A DNA stretch of 64,000 nt, taken from NCBI RefSeq assembly GCF_006345805.1, contig NC_043011.1, positions 42,110,464 to 42,174,463 on the forward strand, read 5' to 3'. The notes below the pieces were generated by a model. That model worked only from the letters and a program-made list of their open reading frames with translations. It was not told the origin of the DNA and did no database searches. Origin of the DNA: Octopus sinensis (taxonomy: Eukaryota). This document shows, piece after piece, positions 38,918 through 50,555 of the stretch (positions within the stretch are counted from its first letter, which is position 1; the number at the start of each line of letters is the position of its first letter). Position numbers and translations under genes: made by a program.

Positions 38918-39062
38918 CACTAGCGTAGCTGGTGGGGGGAGGGGGGTCCTCCCCGGGCGGCACTTTTCATCCTGTTGTAGGCTAAATACATGTTTTTTGT
39001 AGGGTCCGGGGCGGCAAACGGAAGGGTCGCCCCGGGCGGCATACACTCTAGCTACGCTAGTG
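38918..39062. mobile_element. 145-bp hAT-type MITE
   Basis: 13-bp TIR CACTAGCGTAGCT / AGCTACGCTAGTG and a perfect 8-bp TSD GTTGTTAC (38910-38917, 39063-39070). Confidence 0.85.
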
Positions 39063-39156
39063 GTTGTTACTGTTGATGCTCACCCTTATTGAACAGGTTT
39101 ATGATCAAAGATATTCCACCCGTGGTATCTATTCCCCACCAGCGAGATTTTTAGAC

Positions 39157-39603
39157 CAGTGCTATTCGATGTGACCGGTCCGCGAGCCATCAGCTGCCGG
39201 TACGTGGCGAGTTTCCAGAAAACAAAGAAACAATAGCATAATTCCAGTAATTTTGCCTTATACACTACAGTAAACAACTTATCAGCTTATGAAATATTGT
39301 ATTATTTGTTTACAAAATAAATATACGATACAAAAAATTGTCAACTTTTATTATATTCATGTATATAAGGACACAGGGGAAAATATGTCAAAGCCATCAG
39401 GAGGCGTTCGATGCTTCCTAGGGCTATACAGCGGTGGTGTACCCCCTACTGTCACGTTCTTGTTAGATTGACAGTATACAACCATTCTATAACATATATT
39501 GTTTTCTGTATAAATTGATATTGCTAAGAAATATTACCGGTCCCTGGCACATTGGAAAAGAAAAACTGCCGGTACCCCACACCAGAAAGTTTGAGATGCA
39601 CTG
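39157..39603. mobile_element. hAT/Charlie-like non-autonomous element
   Basis: Ends cagtgctattcgatgtg...ccggtccgcg and gtttgagatgcactg resemble Charlie-type TIRs. The TSD is not conserved. Confidence 0.5.
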
Positions 39604-39720
39604 TTAAAATACATTATTTATCTGTTCTCTTTTCCTTTTATTTATTTTTATTTAGAACGGTAGTGTGGTGAGGATGACTTGGTTGATATATTTAGCTTGT
39701 CGAGCGATCACATATATATT

Positions 39721-39948
39721 TCTTTACTACCCACAAGGGGCTAAACACAGAGGAGACAAACAAGGACAGACAAAGGGATTAAGTCGATTACATCAACCCC
39801 AGTGCGTAACTGGTACTTAATTTATCGACCCCGGAAGGATGAAAGGCAAAGTCGACCTCGGCGGAATTTGAACTCGGAACGTAACGGCAGACGAAATACG
39901 GCAACGCATTTCGCCCGGCGTGCTAACGTTTCTGCCAGCTCGCCGCCT
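39721..39948 (-). mobile_element. SINE family B, full-length young copy
   Basis: tRNA-like head (ggcggcgagctggcagaaacgttagc...gagttcaaattcc), central gcctttcatccttccggggtcgataaattaagtacc domain, and AATAAA/AGTAAA-type tail. Confidence 0.9.
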
Positions 39949-40425
39949 TATATATATATATATAGGCTGCGTATATCCCTATACACACACCAGGCTGCAT
40001 GCAAACTCTTTGTGATGCGTATGAGTAACAAACGCCAACATTCGTTTCTGTTGCAAACCCACCAACAAATGACGACCATCTATCTCAGTAAACGAGGAGG
40101 GGAAAGCACCGCTCTCGTTCTTTTTTAAAAACCATTTCAGTAGATTTTAAACAAACTTACAAGAAGATTTTATCTACTCACTGTATAAATAATCTCAGTT
40201 TTTCGACGCCCTGTATTGTGAGGTTTTCAACACGCCATATTAATTATATATTTATGTTTGTGAGACCCTAATGTAATGGTGTCATACAAATTTGGTCATT
40301 TCAGATTAGAGGTAATTAAATTTGCAATAAGTGTGTCAGACCACTTGCAGTCTTAAGTGTGCGGAACATACAATTACTGAGATATATATATATTATATAT
40401 ATATATATATTATATATATATATAT

Positions 40426-40469
<44 letters not shown>

Positions 40470-40649
40470 GGGGGCTGATGCGAGGCGGTGGGGTGGAAAA
40501 CAGGGGGTACATCGTAGCCAAGCCCGGGATATTCTTAGGATCACATATTTACAAATATTGAAATCTAGCATTGATATTTTAGGAAAGGGATCCGAAATAA
40601 ACTTTGTGCTCTTCTCTAGAATTCCTCTCAAGAGACTTCAATGAATATA

Positions 40650-40798
40650 TTTGCTTCCCAACCACATGGTTCCGGGTTCGGTCCCACTGCGTGGCACTTT
40701 GGGCGAGTGCTTTCTACTGCAACCTCGAGCCAACCAATGCCTTGTGAGTAGATTTGGTAGTCGGAAACTGAAAGAAGCCAGTCATGTATGTATGTATG

Positions 40799-40834
<36 letters not shown>

Positions 40835-41735
40835 TATATATATGAATATATACAACAGACGTATATGTACTTACATATGCATATGTGGGCAGAGGACGTC
40901 ACAGAATGTAAACATAAAACACGAAAACATGAAATACGAATACATCGAATATGAACTTTTTTTGCGAACAACAAAAGAAACAAATGGAAAAGAAGACAAG
41001 CAACATAAAGAACGACCCTTCATCAGTTGGCTGTTTTTCTTATTCGTATTTCGAGCAATTCACGACAAGATACGACTTCGATAAATCAGTTGCGCCCGCA
41101 AAGCAAATTAAATAAAATTTGGGATTTTGCGGAAGGTCAGAATTGGTGTGTGTGTGTGTCCTTGTATCTGTGTCCCCATCACTATCGCTTAACAACCGAT
41201 GTTAGTGTGTTTACGTCCCGTAACTGTTCGACAAAAGCACCTAGACTAAATACTAGGCTTTCAAAGAAAAAGTCCTGGGGTCGATTTCTTCGACTAAAAC
41301 CCTTTAAGGCGGTGCTCCAGCATGGCCACAGTGTAATTATTGAAACAAGTAAAAGAATAAAAGATTATAAATACGTGTGTGGGGTGGTGTAGTAAGAAGC
41401 TTGCTTCCCAACCATACGGTTCTGGGTTTAATCCCATTGCGTGATACCTTGGGCAAGTGTCTTCCACCACTTCCACCATAGTCTCGGACCGACCAAAACC
41501 TTGTGGGTCTATTTGGTAGACGAAAACTTAAAGAAGCCCATCATATATGTATGTGTGTGTCCCCCCCCACCCACCACCACTTGACTGGTAGTGCTGGAGT
41601 GTTTACACTCGACAAAAGAGACCGATAGAATAAATGCTAGGCTTACTCCTGGGCTTGATTCATTCAATTAAAACCCTTCAAAGCAGTGCCCTAGCATGGC
41701 CGCAGTCAAATGACTGAAACAAGTAAAGATAAAAG
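40650..41735 (+). mobile_element. Cluster of SINE A pieces (40650-40785, 41150-41360, 41376-41735) with a pLTR-like remnant at 40880-41100
   Basis: Motif matches. Confidence 0.75.
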
Positions 41736-41757
41736 ATGAAGATATATATATATATAT

Positions 41758-43128
41758 AGGGTGGCCAAAAGTAGGTTTACAGTTATTCAACAGTCTCTTT
41801 CGCTTTCATATATTAACAGTTTAGATCTTAATTATAAAAAGCATATGAAACCATTATTCAATGCTAATTTAGTTAATTTTGTCAAATCCCTTTTCAGGAT
41901 TAAGTATCTCCTGGCGAATAGAACACAACATGTTGTAGTCGATGAAGTCCACACAAGCCCAACAAAAGTCACCAGTGGTGTCCCTTAGGGGACTGTCTTG
42001 GGCCCGCTCCTCTTTATAATTTACATAAATAACCTTCCCAGCGTCGTAAATCACTGCAAAGTGAAAATATTTGCTGATGACACTAAGCTCCAGAAAATCA
42101 TCAATGAAGAAGACCGAACTCAACTCTAGTCTGATCTATATGCTGTGAGTCAATGGGCAGACAAAAACAAAATGCAACTGAACGAGGGAAAATTTGAGCT
42201 GATGCATTTTGGAAGAAAGACTATACTAAAACAGCCATTCTCTCTTCCTTCTGGGGGAACCGCTCACAGCATCTTATAATATCAGAGACCTGGGTGTAAT
42301 TGTTGATAACAATTTCAGTTGGAGTGCCCACACCAACAATAAGGTCGATATAGCTCGTAGGATGAGCTCCTGGATCTTAAGAACCTTCCGGTCCAGTGAA
42401 CAAGGTATCATCATTCCACTTTTCTCCTCCTTTGTATGGCCACACCTGGAATACTGCTGCCCCTTGTGGTTTTCCCATACAAAACAAAACATCTCGAGGA
42501 TTGAATCACCCCAGAGGGCACTCACTAAACGAATTGAAGGCATCGCTGATCTCGATTATTGGGACCGCCTTAAAGCTTTGAAACTCTACTCTCTCCAGCG
42601 CCGTCGCGAGCGGTACATCATTTGTACGATGTGGAGAATATACCGCCAGCATTGCCCAAACGACCTGAACATTAGTTTCAAGGTTCATCCAAGGCTGGGA
42701 CCACGGGCCATACGTCCCCTGTCCAATTCAGGATCACAGCATATAGGTACACTGCGACATAATTTCTTTTCCTCAACAGGCCCTGCCCTGTTTAACATTG
42801 TCCCGAAAGAGATCAAAGAGGAAAAGGATCCCATCATCTTTAAACGGAGTCTGGACAGATTTCTTCAAGGAATACCGGATAAGCCACCTATACCTGGATA
42901 CAACTCACTCAACAACAACTCACTACTTGAATGGACCATAAACAAAACTTGACTTAAACAGGATTTAGATAATCCTATCAGGTGGTGCTATTGAGTTAGA
43001 CATGGCCTGGACCAATCTTTGATCGAAACATATCTAAGTTTGTAAGATAGAAATTTAAATGTAATAAAATGTTTTAAAGAAGTTTAAAGTGCCTACGTGA
43101 TAAACTAAACCTACTTTTGGGCCACCCT
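41758..43128. mobile_element. Tc1/mariner-type MITE split by a LINE insertion
   Basis: TIRs agggtggccaaaagtaggttt (41758-41778) and aaacctacttttgggccaccct (43107-43128). About 140 bp and about 80 bp of element sequence flank the LINE. Confidence 0.75.
41898..43046 (+). mobile_element. 5'-truncated CR1/L2-like LINE (RT C-terminal half and 3' UTR)
   Basis: SGVP*GTVLGPLLFIIYIN...KIFADDTKL...W...NKMQLNEGKF, then FSSFVWPHLEYCCPLW...YWDRLKALKLYSLQRRRERY. There are in-frame stops, so the copy is inactive. Confidence 0.93.
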
Positions 43129-43176
43129 CCAGCATGGCCGCAGTCAAATGACTGAAACCAGGAAAATAATAAAAGA

Positions 43177-43560
43177 CAGGAGTGACTGTGTGGTAAGTAG
43201 CTTGCTTACCAATCACATAACCCTAACCCTCAGTCCCACTGCGTGGCAGCTTGGGCAAGTATCTTCTACTATAGCTTCGGGCCGACCAAAGCCGTATGAG
43301 TGGATTTGGTAGACGGAAACTGAAAGAAGCCTGTCGTGTATACATATGCATGTGTATGTGTGTGTGCGTCTATATTTGTTCCTCCACCATCGCTTGACAA
43401 CCGATGCTGGTGTGTTTACGTCCCCGTAACTTAGCAGTTCGGCAAAAGAGACCGATAGAATAAGTACTAGGCTTACAAAGAATAAGTCCTGGAGTCGATT
43501 TGTTCGACTAAGGCAGTGCTCCAGCATGGCCGCAGTCAATGACTGAAACAAATAAAAGAG
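43177..43560 (+). mobile_element. SINE family A copy
   Basis: Head-to-tail match. Confidence 0.9.
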
Positions 43561-43580
43561 TATATATATATTATATATAT

Positions 43581-43616
<36 letters not shown>

Positions 43617-43685
43617 GTGTCTATAAATAGATGTATATGCTGCATACCTCTAATAAACATTGTTTAGCGTCGCGTGCAAATAGAC

Positions 43686-43727
<42 letters not shown>

Positions 43728-44360
43728 CACTCACTCACTCTCTACTGTGTTCATGTCATTTGTAGAAAGAGAAAGGGAAAGATCGTTGGTTTACAGCTAC
43801 CTTTTTTTTTTAAATGCTTAGAACAGCTGGAATGGCCTTCGCTTTTTGCTCGTTTTAATATTTGTAGATGGGATCAAGAAAAACAGTTCTGATGAACTGG
43901 TAATGATCGGTGAAACTAATCGCGTCTCATTCCATTCTGCATGCAGTCAGACGGAGGGGGAAAAAAGGAGCCGATAGTTTACTCGGTACACACAGATACA
44001 CAGCTGAAGTGTCATTGATGAATAAGATTTTGGTATTGTCTTAACCTTGCCGACCGTCGGTGGTTCCCAAAGTGGGCGACAGAAAGATCAAGAGAGGCAT
44101 TGAAGAAATGTGGGGGCAATAATAGGGTGGGTAAAAAGGGGGCGATGGATCTATCACCCTCCTCCACCCACCCAAATAATGGGTTAATTAGGTTAAGTTT
44201 TATTTGTGAAATAGTGTTGTTTTGAATTTGCTGGTCTACGTTTGTGGTGCTGATGGGAGTGGCCGACAATATAGTACGTTTAACATAGTATATAGACATA
44301 GAGTGTACACGCACACAGATGATGTCGGTTTGTGTAAGTATACCACACAGTATATATATC

Positions 44361-44588
44361 TCTTTACTGCCCACAAGGGGCTAAACACAGAGGGGACAAA
44401 CAAGGACAGACAAACGGATTAAGTCGATTACATCGACCCCAGTGCGTAACTGGTACTTAATTTATCGACCCCGAAAGGATGAAAGGCAAAGTCGACCTCG
44501 GCGGAATTTGAACTCAGAACGTAACGGCAGACGAAATACGGCTACGCATTTCGCCCGGCGTGTTAACGTTTCTGCCAGCTCGTCGCCC
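44361..44588 (-). mobile_element. SINE family B, full-length young copy
   Basis: Nearly identical to 39721-39948. Confidence 0.9.
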
Positions 44589-44720
44589 TTAACATTTGTA
44601 TCCAACAGATACCTACATACACAAGTACTAACTACATATTGTTATACACACCTTTGACACGTCTATATATTCATGCAGGCATACAAACATCACACACACA
44701 CACACACACCAACACACACA

Positions 44721-44774
<54 letters not shown>

Positions 44775-44954
44775 TAACTGTCGGATGTTAATTAAGATAA
44801 CATTGTCTCCTTTGTAACCGGTTTTCATTAAGAACTTCAAAAAGGTTCTCTCTCACGCACGTGCACATGTATATACAGGTACACAACATATACAAACGCG
44901 CGTATAAACTACACGCGCGCATGCATGCATGCATACATAGATGCGAAATAAAAA

Positions 44955-45480
44955 TGCAGCTCAAAAGTTGCCGTTTTAACACCGTTGTCTAGATCCAGAG
45001 CGAATCGCAGAAGGTCCTCGACTCTCTCACGGAAAACGACCTCCGGGCCGCATTCCAAAAGTGACACGAACACTGGAACCAGTGTATTGTCGTGCAAGGT
45101 GATTATTTCGAAGGCGATGGTGTTAAAACTTGTGTAAATGAATTTTTTTTTTTTTTGAGGCATTCTTTCGATATAACTCGACAAAATCAAAACATTTCAC
45201 TTCGGGTATTTCCGTGGAAGCAAATGACAGTTCGATTCTGTTTTCTGCTTGGAAATTTGCGGATTTTTACCTACATACATGAAACAGGTAAGAACAAATA
45301 TGCAAGGCTTTTTTTCTTCGAGTTTAAAATGAGACATTGCTGGCATAATTTCGTTATATCTATACCCGCAACCCATGGAAATACCCGAAGCGAAATGTTC
45401 TGATTTTGTCGAGTTATATCGAAGGAATGCCATTTTTTATATTAAACATAACTAGTCCGGGAACTTTTTGATATCATCTC
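44955..45480 (+). mobile_element. 3' fragment of a mariner transposon
   Basis: Translates to LKSCRFNTVV*IQSESQKVLDSLTENDLRAAFQK...WNQCIVVQGDYFEGD, a mariner C-terminus. It ends in the TIR-like ccgggaactttttgatatcatctc. Confidence 0.8.
45159..45431. mobile_element. 273-bp MITE nested in the mariner fragment
   Basis: About 55-bp TIRs ggcattctttcgatataactcgacaaaatc...cttcgggtatttcc / ggaaatacccgaag...gtcgagttatatcgaaggaatgcc. The TSD is unclear because the site is poly-T. Confidence 0.75.
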
Positions 45481-46681
45481 AAGTTTTTAGACGGTCGGTC
45501 ACTCGACCTGCCTGAAATCGCATCCGAATATTCTTTAAATCACTTTCTATTATCTCAAAAACGAAAAGAACGCATGAAACAATGCAGTAATATTGAATAG
45601 TCCTAAAATGACAGGATGGTCATGGCTGGATAGCTCCTTAGCATTAATGTAATTAATGGCACCAAACCCAGAGAAGAGCTAAGTACAGACCGATGTTTTA
45701 GATAACTAAATTAAATATTACGGATCATTTACACATCGTAGACTGTGCGTGACACAGCACAGCAAGTAATGAATGATGATTAATAAATGACTTTTTAAAG
45801 AGAATAAGATTAAATGAAGAGGGTATAAAGCGAGAAAAGATGATCTTATGAAGCTGTCCATATATTCTTCTATTTTTCCACATAATTTTAAAAAGTTATT
45901 TGTTATTTCATCATCGAGATAATTGGGGCCCACAACAAAATCTATTTGAATTTTGTATTGTTTTCAATTTTCTTTCGTTTAAACCAACAGAGTGTGACGA
46001 ATATGTTATTCAGTTGTGACCTTGATTAGATCTTTTCACGTTCTACACAAACTGATGCCTCCCGCGTTGTTGAGATAATACGCTTACACCACCTGGCGAA
46101 TAATAGGCTTACAACACCCATCGCCACTTAGAGAGGTATTTGGTTAACCACTGCTTCGCAGACAACTACAAGTAAAGCAAAATCATTCCTGGGTCCTTTC
46201 TAAAGAGCTTTTTTTTTATTAACTTTGTAGAACCCTAGTGCTTGTTCTTCTTCATCGAAGAGAGAGCACTTGAAGTGGTATTCCTGCAGATAAAGGAATT
46301 TCGTGACTGTTAGAAATAGCAACCGAATCTCTCTTTCTCCGCTCCGACTGTCTCCATATAGAAAATAAACTTGGAATAACGCAGTCACTGGTATGACTGA
46401 ATAAAATGTGATGGCCACGACGGGAACGTCTTCGATTATAGATCTGTTCGGTCAGGGATCACCTGAAGCTAAACCACGATATTTGCTGTGTTGTTTCCAA
46501 GTGCATACAACCCAAACTCCTCCTAAAATCCTTTTCTCAATTTCACATTTCATAGAAGCGAGTAAACCTCGTCCGGCATTCCGCTCCACTAAAGTGTGTG
46601 GCCAATCACGACGATGTCGCTTCCAGGATTTTCAAACAAGTCCGCTTCAGAGCTAACTCATGTTATTTACTAAGCTATTTA

Positions 46682-46738
<57 letters not shown>

Positions 46739-47085
46739 CACCCATCACAACATTTCAAACATGATGGAAATAAGCACCTCGTTCACCACCTTCATTATTT
46801 CTCTCTTCTCAGTGGACACTCCTTATCAACTGAACCGATCGGTGACCTTCTTTTACCTATACTAAGAAAACTTCGGCGAAAGCAATGGTTTAGTTCTTGA
46901 TGCGACTGGGTTTTTTTCTTACTCGGTGCTGAACAAAAGAGAACTTCATTCAAACAGCGTTGGCTTTTCTTTGATGTTTACGGCTTTGGCCGATATACCT
47001 GTGAAAGTGAAAGACACGCACACACACACACACACAACACACACACACAGAGTTTCAGTCAAATTCCACTCACAAGGTATTGCTC

Positions 47086-47393
47086 GGTACTAGTAGCGTA
47101 GACTGGACCCGGTTTGCGCAAACGCGCGTCCGCGCTAGCCAGACGTAGGCAGTCGATCCTACGAGCTGACTGGCGCATGCACGATATATACTTGTATACG
47201 ATATATACTTGTATCGCACGTCCCCGATTCGCGCGATACAAGTATATATCGTATATATACAAGTATATATCGTATATATCGATACAAGTATATATCGTAC
47301 ATGCGCCAGTCAGCTCGTAGGATCGACTGCCTACGTCTAGCTAGCACGGACGCGCGTCTGCGCAAACCGGGTCCAGTCTACGCTACTAGTACC
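47086..47393. mobile_element. 308-bp fold-back MITE with 9-bp TSD (Merlin- or Mutator-like)
   Basis: Almost entirely palindromic, with termini GGTAC...GTACC and TSD GTATTGCTC (47077-47085, 47394-47402). It is inserted in a SINE A fragment. Confidence 0.92.
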
Positions 47394-47898
47394 GTATTGC
47401 TCCACCTGAGGCTACGGTAGAAGATACTTGCCCAAGATGCCACGTGATAGGACAGAATCTGGAACCACGTGGTTGCAAAACGTTCTTCTTTATGACGCCT
47501 GTATGTTTGCACGATGCGTTTCGTATCAGCATAGCAGCATGCTTCGGCCAGGCCCTCGCCGGCACACTTCCTTTCGATTCTGTTGTACTCGAAAGTGCGG
47601 GCATGTACATTATGACGTGTTTGTTGTAATTTCTAATCACACACACACACACACACACGGCACAACCATCTTAGCATGCGTGCTCCACAGGTAACTCTAG
47701 ACACCTCACTCATCAGACATGTAAAGTTTCAACGTCAGCGATCTTGTAAACCCTGCTCAGTAGGGTATGACATCCAAGCCCCCTTTCATGAGCACACGGG
47801 TTTCAATTACTTTACAGGCAATCACTCTATTCACAAACACCGGCTAAAAACTATCGAATTCTGTACAAGCATTTCCAGTCTGGAAAGATCTTTTATTG

Positions 47899-48206
47899 GG
47901 TACTACTTGAGAACAGTGGTCCCGGTGCGCGCACTCGCGTAGTCGCGCATCCGCGCTAGCTAGTCGTGACTAATCGATCCTACAACGACTACCTAGCAAA
48001 GTAAATAAAACACAAAATAAATAATTTTTACACAAAGTAAATAATTTTTGTTAAACAAAGTAAATAAAATACAAAAACACAAAGTAAATAATTTTTTAAA
48101 CAAAGTAAATAACACACAAAACACAAAGTAAGGATCGACTAGTCACGACTAGCTAGCGCGGATGTGCGAGTGCGCGCACCGGGACCACTGTTCTCTATGT
48201 GGTACC
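47899..48206. mobile_element. 308-bp MITE with about 78-bp TIRs and 9-bp TSD (same superfamily as 47086-47393)
   Basis: Termini GGTAC...GTACC and TSD CTTTTATTG (47890-47898, 48207-48215). The interior holds acaaagtaaataa tandem repeats. Confidence 0.9.
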
Positions 48207-48487
48207 CTTTTATTGTAGTCACGCATCAGTTATCAAAGTCATAGCCCAATGTATAGGCTTCCTTTTTCAGTACCACCACAATGGCACTAGCTCGGATCAG
48301 CTGTTGACCATTTAAACGTGGTCCGAAAGGTTTTGTAGAAAATACGAAAGATTTCATGGAACAAGTGGTCCAATACGTTTTATGAAAACTGAGTTTAATT
48401 ATCAATATTTGATTGTTTTATATTTAAAGAAACCTGTTACACAAACAAAATACGATGATTACACAATAGGGATTATTTCAAATGATA

Positions 48488-48894
48488 GGCGCAGGAGTGG
48501 CTGTGTGGTAAGTAGCTTGTTTACCAACCACATGGTTCCGGGTTCAATCCCACTGCGCGGCACCTTGGGCAAGTGTCTTCTACTATAGCCTCGGGCCGAC
48601 CAGAGCCTTGTGAGTGGATTTGGTAGACGGAAACTGAGGGAAGCCCGTCGTATATATGTATATATATATATATATATATGTATGTATGCGTGTGTGTGTG
48701 TTTGTGTGTCCCCCTAGCATTGCTTGACAACCGATGCTGGTGTGTTTATGTCCCCGTTACTTAGCGGTTCGGCAAAAGAGACCGATAGAATAAGTACTAG
48801 GCTTACAAAAAGAATAAGTCCCAGGGTCGAGTTGCTCGACTAAAGGCGGTGCTCCAGCATGGCCGCAGTCAAATGACTGAAACAAGTAAAAGAG
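48488..48894 (+). mobile_element. SINE family A, young full-length copy
   Basis: Head-to-tail match. Confidence 0.92.
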
Positions 48895-50088
48895 AAGAAA
48901 AACAGACAGACAGACATCCGACCCTCCCCACCGCATACAAAAATTACTAATTTTTACAAAGAAACTTTTTTTATATACGATGGGAACTTGTCTGAGATGT
49001 GTTTCATATATTGTCACGTAGTGCGTCTTTGGGAAAGTGATTCTGTTTTATGTCCGAACCGTTCTCTCCCCCGCGGGTCTACAAATTTACGTTGATATGC
49101 GATAACAGCATTATAGAGTTTACTCTTTCTCTCTTTTTTTCTCTTTTTACTTGTTTCAGTCATTCGACTGCGGCCATGCTGGAGCACCGCCTTTAGTCGA
49201 GCAAATCGACCCCTGGGACTTATTCTTTGTAAGCCCAGTACTTATTCTATCGGTCTCTTTTGCCGAACCGCTAAGTGGCGGGGACATAAACACACCAGCA
49301 TCGGTTGTCAAGCAATGCTAGGGGGACAAACACAGACACACAAACATATACACACACATACATACATATATATATATATATAATATATATATATATGTAT
49401 GTATGCGTGTGTGTGTGTTTGTGTGTCCCCCTAGCATTGCTTGACAACCGATGCTGGTGTGTTTATGTCCCCGTTACTTAGCGGTTCGGCAAAAGAGACC
49501 GATAGAATAAGTACTAGGCTTACAAAAAGAATAAGTCCCAGGGTCGAGTTGCTCGACTAAAGGCGGTGCTCCAGCATGGCCGCAGTCAAATGACTGAAAC
49601 AAGTAAAAGAGAAGAAAAACAGACAGACAGACATCCGACCCTCCCCACCGCATACAAAAATTACTAATTTTTACAAAGAAACTTTTTTATATACGATGGG
49701 AACTTGTCTGAGATGTGTTCATATATTGTCACGTAGTGCGTCTTTGGGAAGTGATTCTGTTTTATGTCCGAACCGTTCTCTCCCCCGCGGGTCTACAAAT
49801 TTACGTTGATATGCGATAACAGCATTATAGAGTGTACTCTTTCTCTCTTTTTACTCTTTTTACTTGTTTCAGTCATTTGACTGCGGCCATGCTGGAGCAC
49901 CGCCTTTAGTCGAGCAAATCGACCCCGGGACTTATTCTTTGTAAGCCCAGTACTTATTCTATCGGTCTCTTTTGCCGAACCGCTAAGTGGCGGGGACATA
50001 AACACACCAGCATCGGTTGTCAAGCAATGCTAGGGGGATAAACACTGACACACAAACATATACACACACATACATACATATATATATA

Positions 50089-50090
<2 letters not shown>
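48662..50090. repeat. About 717-bp tandem duplication spanning two inverted SINE A 3' halves
   Basis: About 48662-49380 and about 49381-50090 are near-identical, with breakpoints in (TA)n. Confidence 0.9.
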
Positions 50091-50132
<42 letters not shown>

Positions 50133-50293
50133 GACAGGCTTCTTTCAGTTTCCGTCTACCAAATCCACTCACAAGGCATTGGTCGGCCCGAGGCTATAGT
50201 AGAAGACACTTGCCCAAGGTGCCACGCAGTAGGACTGAACCCGGAACTATGTGGTTGGTAAGCAAGCTACTTACCACACAGTCACTCCTGCGC
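49853..50293 (-). mobile_element. SINE family A, young full-length copy
   Basis: Head-to-tail match. Confidence 0.92.
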
Positions 50294-50521
50294 TTAACAG
50301 TTTCTAAACTGTTCATATACACACAAAACGTTTCCTGATCCTGTCCCTTCTCAGCATGGAGAAGAAAAAAACAAAATCAAAAAACTGCTCGTATACCATA
50401 CGAAATCACCCCACCACACCTTGCCTCACAATCCTAGGTTTCATTTAAACGAAAGCCATTTAGCTGATTAGCAAGGACCCATTCACCAATTTAGTACTAC
50501 CTCTTGTCCACAATTGTACCC

Positions 50522-50555
<34 letters not shown>

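Noticed and set aside
48488-50293. CRISPR-like or regularly spaced repeat array
   Set aside because: The sequence is eukaryotic, and the repeats are SINE copies and a tandem duplication rather than repeat-spacer units.
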